Shown: positions 1 to 6,751, counted from the first letter of the stretch. The stretch: DNA of 6,751 nt from a virus (IMGVR_UViG_2609459836_000001); one strand, 5' to 3'. The notes: generated from the sequence alone by a model not told the origin. Translations and numbers: made by a program.

Positions 1-1
1 C

Positions 2-217
2 AACGTAGATTTTATTCAGGAACAACAGGCTGAATTACTGGAGCGCCAGATTAACGCGGCAAGGGTAAAGCATTGCGGTGTTTCTGCGCTGGTTTGCGAA
101 GAGTGTGACGCGCCAATACCTGCTGCCCGTCGTGCGGCTTATCCGTCAGCCACGCGTTGTGTTTCCTGTCAGTCAGTCTTTGAAGCAAAAAACAAACATT
201 ACCGGAGAATGGCATGA
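2..217 (+). CDS. TraR/DksA-family C4 zinc-finger protein, C-terminal fragment (5' end lies before the window); position matches P2 Orf82-like gene
   Basis: Frame 2 is open from the window edge to TGA at 215..217. Translation ...RVKHCGVSALVCEECDAPIPAARRAAYPSATRCVSCQSVFEAKNKHYRRMA has a CxxxxxxCxxC...CxxC zinc-finger arrangement. Its stop overlaps the next ATG (ATGA at 214..217). Family assignment is from motif and synteny, not a search. Confidence 0.6.
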   Translation, partial: NVDFIQEQQAELLERQINAARVKHCGVSALVCEECDAPIPAARRAAYPSATRCVSCQSVFEAKNKHYRRMA

Positions 218-489
218 GTATTCGTATCGAAATTGGCGAACGTTATGTCGTTACCAGTGACAGCTTTCAGTTTATTCTCCACGAGAAAAAGAGAGCGGAA
301 AGCGGTAAAAACGCCGGTCAGGAATGGCTGTCGGTGGTTGGTTATTACCCGAAATTAAGCCAGCTCGTTTCCGGCCTGATGCATCACGATATTCTGACCG
401 GAAGCGCAAAGTCTTTTGCTGATTTAAACGCGCAGGTTGAGCAACTCAGCAAGCGTTGTTCAGAGGCTTTTGGCTCATATGGCCGTTAA
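214..489 (+). CDS. small hypothetical protein of the P2 early replication operon (Orf83-like by position)
   Basis: 91-codon ATG-initiated ORF from the ORF track. It is coupled upstream by an ATGA overlap and overlaps the gene A start by 11 nt (A ATG at 479, this ORF's TAA at 487..489). The peptide is protein-like; function is unknown. Confidence 0.55.
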   Translation: MSIRIEIGERYVVTSDSFQFILHEKKRAESGKNAGQEWLSVVGYYPKLSQLVSGLMHHDILTGSAKSFADLNAQVEQLSKRCSEAFGSYGR

Positions 490-2764
490 AGCCTCCGGGC
501 GTTTTGTCCCTCCGTCAGCATTTGCCGCAGGCACCGGTAAGGCGTTTACCGGTGCTTATGCATGGAACGCGCCACGCGAGGCCGTCGGGCGCGAAAGACC
601 CCTTACACGTGACGAGATGCGTCAGGTGCAAGGTGTTTTATCCACGATTAACCGCCTGCCTTACTTTTTGCGCTCGCTGTTTACTTCACGCTATGACTAC
701 ATCCGGCGCAATAAAAGCCCGGTGCACGGGTTTTATTTTCTCACATCCACTTTTCAGCGTCGTTTATGGCCGCGCATTGAGCGTGTGAATCAGCGCCATG
801 AAATGAACACCGACGCGTCGTTGCTGTTTCTGGCAGAGCGTGACCATTATGCGCGTCTGCCGGGGATGAATGACAAGGAGCTGAAAAAGTTTGCCGCCCG
901 TATCTCATCGCAGCTTTTCATGATGTATGAGGAACTCTGCGATGCCTGGGTGGATGCGCATGGCGAGAAAGAATCGCTGTTTACGGATGAGGCACAGGCT
1001 CACCTGTATGGTCATGTTGCTGGCGCTGCACGAGCTTTCAATATTTCCCCTCTCTACTGGAAAAAATACCGTAAAGGGCAGATGACCACGAGGCAGGCAT
1101 ATTCTGCCATTGCCCGTCTGTTTAACGATGAGTGGTGGATTAGTCAGCTTAAAGGCCAGCGTATGCGCTGGCATGAGGCGTTACTGATTGCTGTCGGGGA
1201 GGTCAATAAAGACCGTTCTCCTTATGCCAGTAAACATGCCATTCGTGATGTGCGTGCACGCCGCCAGGCAAATCTGGAATTTCTTAAATCGTGTGATCTC
1301 GAAAACAGGGAAACCGGCGAGCGCATCGACCTTATCAGTAAGGTGATGGGCAGTATTTCTAATCCTGAAATTCGCCGGATGGAGCTGATGAACACCATTG
1401 CCGGTATTGAGCGTTACGCCGCAGCAGAGGGTGATGTGGGGATGTTTATCACGCTGACCGCGCCGTCAAAGTATCACCCGACACGTCAGGTTGGAAAAGG
1501 CGAAAGTAAAACCGTCCAGCTAAATCACGGCTGGAACGATGAGGCATTTAATCCAAAGGATGCGCAGCGTTATCTCTGCCGTATCTGGAGCCTGATGCGC
1601 ACGGCATTCAAGGATAATGATTTACAGGTCTACGGTTTGCGTGTCGTCGAGCCACACCACGACGGAACGCCGCACTGGCATATGATGCTTTTTTGTAATC
1701 CGCGCCAGCGTAACCAGATTATCGAAATCATGCGTCGCTATGCGCTCAAAGAGGATGGCGACGAAAGAGGAGCCGCGCGAAACCGTTTTCAGGCAAAACA
1801 CCTTAATCGGGGCGGTGCTGCGGGGTATATCGCGAAATACATCTCAAAAAACATCGACGGCTATGCACTGGATGGTCAGCTCGATAACGATACCGGCAGA
1901 CCTCTGAAAGATACTGCCGCGGCTGTTACTGCATGGGCGTCAACGTGGCGCATCCCGCAATTTAAAACGGTTGGTCTGCCGACAATGGGGGCTTACCGTG
2001 AACTACGCAAATTGCCTCGCGGCGTCAGCATTGCTGATGAGTTTGACGAACGCGTCGAGGCTGCACGCGCTGCCGCAGACAGTGGCGATTTTGCGTTGTA
2101 TATCAGTGCGCAGGGTGGGGCAAATGTCCCGCGCGATTGTCAGACTGTCAGGGTCGCCCGTAGTCCGTCGGATGAAGTTAACGAGTACGAGGAAGAAGTC
2201 GAGAGAGTGGTCGGCATTTACGCGCCGCATCTCGGCGCGCGTCATATTCATATCACCAGAACGACGGACTGGCGCATTGTTCCGAAAGTGCCGGTCGTTG
2301 AGCCTTTGACTTTAAAAAGCGGCATCGCCGCGCCTCGGAGTCCTGTCAATAACTGTGGAATGCTCACCGGTGGTGATACTTCGTTACCGGCTCCCACACC
2401 TTCTGAGCACGCCGCAGCAGTGCTTAATCTGGTTGATGACGGAGTTATCGAATGGAATGAGCCGGAGGTCGTGAGGGCGCTCAGGGGCGCATTAAAACAC
2501 GGCCTGAGAACACCTAATCGTCAGCAAAGAAACGGAAGCCCGTTAAAACAGCATGAAATAGCGCCATCGGCCAGACTGACCCGGTCGGAACGAATGCAAA
2601 TCACCCGTATCCGTGTTGACCTTGCTCAGAACGGTATCAGGCCGCAGCGATGGGAGCTTGAGGCGCTGGCGCGTGGCGCGACCGTAAATTATGACGGGAA
2701 AAAATTCACGTATCCGGTCGCTGATGAGTGGCCGGGATTCTCAACGGTAATGGAGTGGATATAA
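479..2764 (+). CDS. A: rolling-circle replication initiator endonuclease gpA (P2 gene A family, HUH superfamily)
   Basis: Long ORF; I place the start at the first ATG (479, MAVKASGRF...) rather than the in-frame TTG at 437 given in the ORF track. This gives 761 aa, the length I recall for P2 A. HUH motif H399-W-H401 (TPHWHMMLF) is at 1673..1681. The two-tyrosine motif GYIAKYISK puts Y450 at 1826..1828 and Y454 at 1838..1840, the residue numbers I recall for the P2 A active-site tyrosines. A possible AGAGG Shine-Dalgarno lies at 462..466. Confidence 0.9.
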   Translation: MAVKASGRFVPPSAFAAGTGKAFTGAYAWNAPREAVGRERPLTRDEMRQVQGVLSTINRLPYFLRSLFTSRYDYIRRNKSPVHGFYFLTSTFQRRLWPRIERVNQRHEMNTDASLLFLAERDHYARLPGMNDKELKKFAARISSQLFMMYEELCDAWVDAHGEKESLFTDEAQAHLYGHVAGAARAFNISPLYWKKYRKGQMTTRQAYSAIARLFNDEWWISQLKGQRMRWHEALLIAVGEVNKDRSPYASKHAIRDVRARRQANLEFLKSCDLENRETGERIDLISKVMGSISNPEIRRMELMNTIAGIERYAAAEGDVGMFITLTAPSKYHPTRQVGKGESKTVQLNHGWNDEAFNPKDAQRYLCRIWSLMRTAFKDNDLQVYGLRVVEPHHDGTPHWHMMLFCNPRQRNQIIEIMRRYALKEDGDERGAARNRFQAKHLNRGGAAGYIAKYISKNIDGYALDGQLDNDTGRPLKDTAAAVTAWASTWRIPQFKTVGLPTMGAYRELRKLPRGVSIADEFDERVEAARAAADSGDFALYISAQGGANVPRDCQTVRVARSPSDEVNEYEEEVERVVGIYAPHLGARHIHITRTTDWRIVPKVPVVEPLTLKSGIAAPRSPVNNCGMLTGGDTSLPAPTPSEHAAAVLNLVDDGVIEWNEPEVVRALRGALKHGLRTPNRQQRNGSPLKQHEIAPSARLTRSERMQITRIRVDLAQNGIRPQRWELEALARGATVNYDGKKFTYPVADEWPGFSTVMEWI
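2330..2349 (+). other. candidate rolling-circle origin (ori) nick-site region inside gene A
   Basis: In P2 the ori lies inside the A coding sequence and A acts in cis (established). The sequence GCGCCTCGGAGTCCTGTCAA contains a near-palindrome GGAGTCC and matches my unverified recollection of the P2 ori oligonucleotide. Its position about 1.85 kb into A is roughly where the P2 ori (about 89% of the genome) should fall. Low confidence. Confidence 0.3.
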
Positions 2765-2800
2765 TGGCAAAAATTCACGAGATCTTAGATAGTTTCGTAC

Positions 2801-2875
2801 TGTATATATTTAGTTGTTACTTGCAGTTTGGTATTGTTTGCCATGGTTGTTTGTTAAGTGCTTTAAAGGTGAGGA
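2801..2875 (+). promoter_or_regulatory. putative promoter and ribosome-binding region of the AT-rich cargo gene
   Basis: The 111-bp AT-rich intergenic spacer after the A stop contains TG + TATATAT (2801..2809) as a -10-like element, with TTGTTA (2814..2819) and TTGCAG (2821..2826) as candidate -35-like hexamers. AAAGGTGAGGA (2865..2875) is a Shine-Dalgarno immediately before the ATG at 2876. No convincing -35/-10 pair with 17-bp spacing was found, so the promoter is tentative. Confidence 0.25.
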
Positions 2876-4714
2876 ATGAGCGAGTTCGATGTTTTTTCTA
2901 TTTCAGTTGATGATTTTAAAAAAAGTGAGTACGCCAGTATATTGTTACCACCAAGAAGCCATTCTTATTTTGAAATGGAATCTTATTTTTTTCAGTTGTT
3001 GTTATTTTATAAGCAAAAAAAAGATGTGAGTTCTTGGAGGGTTTGCTATTTATTACGTTCGTTATTTAGTTTAAAATTTTCTAAGTCTGGTGATATTATC
3101 GACTTTGAGTCTAAAATCATTCTCTATCCTAAGCGAGGTTATAGACCTTCAGATTACAAGGATAATTATTTAACCATATTAACTTGTATTAAAGAAAATA
3201 CTGATAACCCTTATATTATATCTAGGGTGTGTGATGTTTTATGGATAAATAACCGTAAGGATATAGATTCTGCTAATAAAGCAATAGAGTCATATGCTCT
3301 AATGATTAATGATGCTTGTGATACTTTGTTAGAAAAAAAGGAATCAGGTGACATCCATGTTTTTGATGTTGTTGACTGCTTGGATAGAGGTATTACAATA
3401 TCGCGCATGCTTATTGGCAGGAAAAAACAACTGCAAGGAGGGATAGTTGACTCGACGTTAAGGCTATATCATATATTAATAGATTCTAGTATATTTATCG
3501 GTGTTTTAAGAATTTCTGAAATTCTTTATAAGAATAATTTATTGTGCCCCTTACAATTGGCTAAGAATGCAGAAAAGATAGCTGATGAGCATTGTGGAGC
3601 TTCTTATTTTGATGCTGTGAAAAAATTGTTTTATTTTGCGTCTGAATTATATGTTAAAAATGATATGGAAGAGCAAGGAAGAAGGTGCAAAATGAAAGCG
3701 ACAGAAATAACATTGGCTCAATTTGAACAGTCTTCATCTCCAACATTGAAGGCTCATTGGCTAAGAGTTGCTCTTGGGGAATTTAGAGCGATTGGTGGAA
3801 TGAGTGAAAGGATTAAAGAGATTAAAGAGGAATTAAATTCTATTCGAGATCAAATCAATGATGAAATGTATTCCTTTGCAATACCAATGGATCTTAGTGA
3901 TGTTATCGCTCAGAAAGAGCATATTTATAATCAATTAAATTTCTCAGAAATAATTAAAAAATTAATCTCTAGATTTAAGGTTGTAAGTGCCAGTGAGATT
4001 ATGGAAAGAGTTCGCTCTGATGCTAAGAGATATTTTTTTGTTAATGTGAGTGATACGGTTTTTTATGATGACAGAGGACGCGTTGTGGCAAGGCAACCAC
4101 CTTTAGATTCTGCTGGGGATATAAGTCTAGATGATGCCTGTGTAAATTATTTAAGAACTAGTAATATTGAGCATCAGTTTTATGTTTATGGTGAGTTTGA
4201 AGTTGTTAGGCAAAGAGTGTTGTCTAGGTATTCATTAAATGAGAATACATTTGACCCAATCTCACAACAAAGTCTATTTGTTCCTCCTGGGTATGCGGAA
4301 ATATTTTCTTTAGGATTTCTTAAGCTTTGGCAGGGGGATTATGTGTCTGCCTGTTATTTGTTGTTGCCGCAGTTGGAGAATTCAATTAGATGGATTTTAG
4401 AATTAAGAAGAAAAGAAACAACGAAAATAGATGTGTCACTTTTTGAGGAGGCTACTAGTCTATCTCAAATGCTTGCAAATTATAAGAGTGAAATGGAAGG
4501 TATTTTTGGGAGTGATCATGTATTGACTATGGATTTATTGTTCAATATGAAAGGTGGTGCTGCAATTAGACACACGATGGCTCATGGCAGGTATACTGTA
4601 AATCATTGTTATCAACCAACTTCAGTTTTTGCCTGTGTCTTTATCTTTTATTTAACTTGTTTGCCTTTATTTAGTGTATGGGAAGATAAAGTTGAACCTT
4701 ATCTGACTGATTAA
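2876..4714 (+). CDS. hypothetical 612-aa protein: horizontally acquired cargo in the A-to-cos variable locus; candidate anti-phage defence protein with possible C-terminal HEPN-like motif
   Basis: Uninterrupted 612-codon ORF with a strong Shine-Dalgarno. Base composition is visibly AT-rich (roughly one third GC by eye; not computed) against clearly more GC-rich flanks. No Walker A/P-loop is visible. An Rx4H motif (AIRHTMAHG, R565..H570) lies at 4568..4585 and a hydrophobic C-terminal segment SVFACVFIFYLTCLPLFSVW follows. I do not recognise the protein as tin, old or any named system. Confidence 0.8.
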   Translation: MSEFDVFSISVDDFKKSEYASILLPPRSHSYFEMESYFFQLLLFYKQKKDVSSWRVCYLLRSLFSLKFSKSGDIIDFESKIILYPKRGYRPSDYKDNYLTILTCIKENTDNPYIISRVCDVLWINNRKDIDSANKAIESYALMINDACDTLLEKKESGDIHVFDVVDCLDRGITISRMLIGRKKQLQGGIVDSTLRLYHILIDSSIFIGVLRISEILYKNNLLCPLQLAKNAEKIADEHCGASYFDAVKKLFYFASELYVKNDMEEQGRRCKMKATEITLAQFEQSSSPTLKAHWLRVALGEFRAIGGMSERIKEIKEELNSIRDQINDEMYSFAIPMDLSDVIAQKEHIYNQLNFSEIIKKLISRFKVVSASEIMERVRSDAKRYFFVNVSDTVFYDDRGRVVARQPPLDSAGDISLDDACVNYLRTSNIEHQFYVYGEFEVVRQRVLSRYSLNENTFDPISQQSLFVPPGYAEIFSLGFLKLWQGDYVSACYLLLPQLENSIRWILELRRKETTKIDVSLFEEATSLSQMLANYKSEMEGIFGSDHVLTMDLLFNMKGGAAIRHTMAHGRYTVNHCYQPTSVFACVFIFYLTCLPLFSVWEDKVEPYLTD

Positions 4715-4875
4715 TGGAAGTTGATTTAGGTATTTTGGCATTTATCTTTCTGCGTGCAATATGTGCATGGTTTTGCATGTGCCGGAGTTGCATGTTCCGG
4801 CCGTGCGTCCGCCAGAACGGGCGTGGCTCAAAAGCGGTATTGCACCTGCATTAAAAACACCCCATGAAGCGGGCG

Positions 4876-4894
4876 GGCGAGGCGGGGAAAGCAC
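4876..4894. other. cos site: 19-nt P2-type cohesive-end sequence GGCGAGGCGGGGAAAGCAC
   Basis: Exact match to the 19-nt cohesive-end sequence I recall for P2. It sits about 190 bp from the Q stop, in the same orientation and relative position as in P2, where Q is the first gene next to the left cos end. Confidence 0.7.
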
Positions 4895-5036
4895 TGCGCG
4901 CTGGCGGTGGTGCTGATTTTATTTTTTCAGCGTCTGAGCGCGTCGTGATGGCGTTTAGATTGTTAGCCGGGGCGTTGGTGTGTCTGCGGGCTGTTTTGTG
5001 CGGTGGTGAGCGTGTGAGGGCGTGATGGCGGGTTGT

Positions 5037-5058
5037 AAAAAAGCCGCCCGCAGGCGGC
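5037..5058 (-). terminator. Rho-independent terminator downstream of Q (end of the P-Q operon)
   Basis: On the minus strand, a GCCGCC / GGCGGC stem (5043..5048 and 5053..5058, 4-nt loop) is followed immediately by a run of six T (complement of A 5037..5042). It begins 5 nt after the Q stop codon at 5064..5066. Confidence 0.55.
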
Positions 5059-5063
5059 GATGT

Positions 5064-6098
5064 TCAGCCGTTGTCAGTGTCCAGTGAGTAGTTTTTAAAG
5101 CGGATGACCTCCTGACCGAGCCAGCCGTTTATCTCGCGGATCCTGTCCTGTAACGGGATAAGCTCATTGCGGACAAAGACCTTTGCCACTTTCTCAATAT
5201 CACCCAGCGACCCGACGTTCTCCGGCTTGCCCCCCATCAACTGAAAGGGGATGCGGTGCGCGTCCAGCAGGTCAGCGGCGCTGGCTTTTTTGATATTAAA
5301 AAAATCGTCCTTCGTTGCCACTTCACTGAGCGGGATAATTTTAATGCCGTCGGCTTTCCCCTGTGGGGCATAGAGAAACAGATTTTTAAAGTTATTGCGG
5401 CCTTTCGACTTAACCATGTTTTCGCGAAGCATTTCGATATCGTTGCGATCCTGCACGGCATCAGTGACGTACATGATGTATCCGGCATGTGCGCCGTTTT
5501 CGTAATACTTGCGGCGGAACAGCGTGGCCGACTCATTCAGCCAGGCAGAGTTAAGGGCGCTGAGATATTCCGGCAGGCCGTACAGCTCCTGATTAATATC
5601 CGGCTCCAGCAGGTGAAACACGGAGCCGGGCGTGAAAGGTGTCGGCTCGTTGAAGGACGGCACCCACCAGTAAACATCCTCCTCCACCCCACGGCGGGTA
5701 TATTTTGCCGGTGAGGTTTCCAGTCTGATGACCTTACCGGTAGTGCTGTAACGCTTTTCCAGAAACGCATTACCGAACACCAGAAAATCCAGCACAAAGC
5801 GGCTGAAATCCTGCTGAGAAAGCCACGGATGCGGGATAAATGTCGAGGCCAGAATATTGCGTTTGACGTAAATTGGTGAGCTGTGATGCACGGCAGCACG
5901 CAGGCTTTTTGCCAGACCAGTAAAGCTGACCGGTGGCTCATACCATCTGCCGTTACTGATGCACTCGACGTAATCCAGAATGTCACGGCGGTCGAGTACC
6001 GGCACCGGCTCACCAAAGGTGAATGCTTCCATTTTCGGGGCGCTGGCGGTCATTTTTTTTGCCGCAGGTTGCGGTGTTTTCCCTTTTTTCTTGCTCAT
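5064..6098 (-). CDS. Q: capsid portal protein gpQ (P2 gene Q family)
   Basis: 344-codon ORF, the same length as P2 Q by my recollection. It lies next to cos on the complement strand as in P2. Its start overlaps the stop of the upstream minus-strand ORF by 1 nt, the arrangement I recall for P2 P/Q. The translation reads as a globular phage structural protein. Confidence 0.8.
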   Translation of the reverse strand: MSKKKGKTPQPAAKKMTASAPKMEAFTFGEPVPVLDRRDILDYVECISNGRWYEPPVSFTGLAKSLRAAVHHSSPIYVKRNILASTFIPHPWLSQQDFSRFVLDFLVFGNAFLEKRYSTTGKVIRLETSPAKYTRRGVEEDVYWWVPSFNEPTPFTPGSVFHLLEPDINQELYGLPEYLSALNSAWLNESATLFRRKYYENGAHAGYIMYVTDAVQDRNDIEMLRENMVKSKGRNNFKNLFLYAPQGKADGIKIIPLSEVATKDDFFNIKKASAADLLDAHRIPFQLMGGKPENVGSLGDIEKVAKVFVRNELIPLQDRIREINGWLGQEVIRFKNYSLDTDNG

Positions 6099-6436
6099 CA
6101 GTAAAACTCCAGAATGGTGGATGTCAGCGGGGTGCTGATACCGGCGGTGAGTGGCTCATTTAACAGGGCGTGCATGGTCGCCCAGGCGAGGTCGGCGTGG
6201 CTGGCTTCCTCGCTGCGGCTGGCCTCATAGGTGGCACTGCGTCCGCTGCTGGTCATGGTCTTGCGGATAGCCATAAACGAGCTGGTGATGTCGGTGGCGC
6301 TGACGTCATATTCCAGACAGCCACGGCGGATAACGTCTTTGGCCTTGAGCACCATTGCGGTTTTCATTTCCGGCGTGTAACGGGAGTATTGCCTCCACAC
6401 TGGCGACGTCGCTGTCATTTGAAAAGCGTTACACGC
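6098..6436 (-). pseudogene. P: 3' fragment of terminase large (ATPase) subunit gene P; 5' portion missing
   Basis: A minus-strand frame ending in TGA coupled to the Q start is where the C-terminus of P should be. The frame is open only back to a stop at 6437..6439 (ORF track 6098..6418, 106 aa), whereas P2 P is about 590 aa. Sequence beyond about 6420 instead encodes a + strand ORF. Identity as P rests on synteny only. Confidence 0.45.
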
Positions 6437-6751
6437 TCAATGTCATTGTGACCGACTTTACCGGTGATTTTGACCTGCTCATCGTGCCGGTGCTGGCGTG
6501 GCTGCGGGAAAATCAGCCCGACATCATGACCACTGACGAAGGCCAGAAAAAGGGCTTCACGTTTTATGCAGACATCAACAATGACAGCAGCTTTGATATC
6601 AGCATCAGCCTGATGCTGACCGAGCGCACGCTGGTCAGTGAGGTGGACGGCGCGCTGCATGTGAAGAATATCCCGGAACCCACGCCGCCGGAGCCGGTCA
6701 CCCGCCCGATGGAGCTTTATATCAATGGCGAACTGGTGAGCAAGTGGGATG
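6349..6751 (+). CDS. partial + strand ORF running off the window; possibly a P2 late-operon tail protein (tentatively tail-completion gpR-like), true start undetermined
   Basis: The frame is open from just after TGA 6346..6348 to the window end. Translation ...NGSIASTLATSLSFEKRYTLNVIVTDFTGDFDLLIVPVLAWLRENQPDIMTTDEGQKKGFTFYADINNDSSFDISISLMLTERTLVSEVDGALHVKNIPEPTPPEPVTRPMELYINGELVSKWD is strongly protein-like. Orientation matches the P2 late operon O..S, but it is not scaffold gene O, which is what should follow P. The gpR assignment is an unverified recollection. Candidate starts are TTG 6355, GTG 6448 and ATG 6521. Confidence 0.35.

Noticed and set aside
78-260. 60-codon GTG-initiated + strand ORF
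   Set aside because: Out of frame with, and wholly overlapping, the zinc-finger ORF that carries a clear CxxC...CxxC motif and a coupled stop/start. Treated as an overlapping-frame artefact.
437-478. N-terminal extension of gene A from the TTG at 437 (775-aa version in the ORF track)
   Set aside because: The first ATG at 479 gives MAVKASGRF..., a 761-aa product, and places the catalytic tyrosines at residues 450 and 454, matching recalled P2 A numbering. The TTG extension is probably not translated.
456-2309. Short ORFs inside or antisense to gene A (456..788 +, 905..1174 -, 1971..2309 +, 2003..2251 -)
   Set aside because: All are embedded in the well-supported A coding sequence in alternative frames. 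Their translations are Arg/Cys/Ser-rich or low complexity, typical of spurious frames in GC-rich coding DNA.
2728-2910. 60-codon ORF spanning the A stop, the intergenic spacer and the cargo start
   Set aside because: It overlaps both flanking genes and runs through the AT-rich promoter/RBS region. No Shine-Dalgarno was seen. Its size is similar to P2 orf91 by position, but there is no supporting signal.
3211-3408. 65-codon minus-strand ORF inside the cargo gene
   Set aside because: Antisense to a long, well-supported ORF; such frames are expected by chance in AT-rich sequence when stop codons happen to be sparse.
4781-4801. GCCGGA-loop-TCCGGC hairpin as an intrinsic terminator for the cargo gene
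   Set aside because: The stem is only 6 bp with a 9-nt loop and no downstream T-tract on the + strand. Kept only as part of the repeat cluster finding.
5237-6104. ORFs overlapping Q in other frames or strands (5237..5536 -, 5256..5714 +, 5537..6016 -, 5883..6104 +)
   Set aside because: All lie within the portal gene. Q is supported by length, synteny with cos and coupling to the upstream frame. These are shadow ORFs in GC-rich coding DNA.
6170-6660. ORFs 6170..6451 (+) and 6415..6660 (-)
   Set aside because: The first is antisense to the P fragment. The second is antisense to the more protein-like + strand frame 6349..6751, and its translation is Gln/His/Arg-rich and not terminase-like.
1-6751. 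CRISPR arrays, tRNA/rRNA genes, IS elements, integrase or attachment-site repeats
   Set aside because: No regularly spaced direct repeats, no cloverleaf-like or rRNA-like segments, no transposase-like ORF and no terminal inverted repeats were seen. The prophage integrase and att sites would lie outside this window.

Overview
This window is a slice through a P2-like (Peduovirus-type) prophage in an enterobacterial genome. On the + strand it holds the 3' end of the early replication operon: a TraR/DksA-type zinc-finger ORF fragment, a small Orf83-like ORF and the complete rolling-circle initiator gene A (761 aa, HUH motif plus two catalytic tyrosines). Downstream of A, at 2876..4714, is a single strongly AT-rich 612-aa ORF of unknown function; it occupies the variable A-to-cos locus where P2 itself carries orf91/tin/old, a locus known to exchange anti-phage cargo. 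It is the best candidate for an undescribed defence gene, with a possible C-terminal HEPN-like Rx4H motif and a hydrophobic tail. Next come the cos region (19-nt P2-type cohesive-end sequence at 4876..4894), a minus-strand intrinsic terminator, the portal gene Q (minus) and only the last ~110 codons of terminase gene P. The P frame is cut off near 6437 and replaced by a + strand ORF running off the window, which suggests an internal deletion and a defective prophage. No rRNA, tRNA, CRISPR array or IS element is evident. All homology statements rest on reading the translations and on recalled knowledge of P2; no database search was run.
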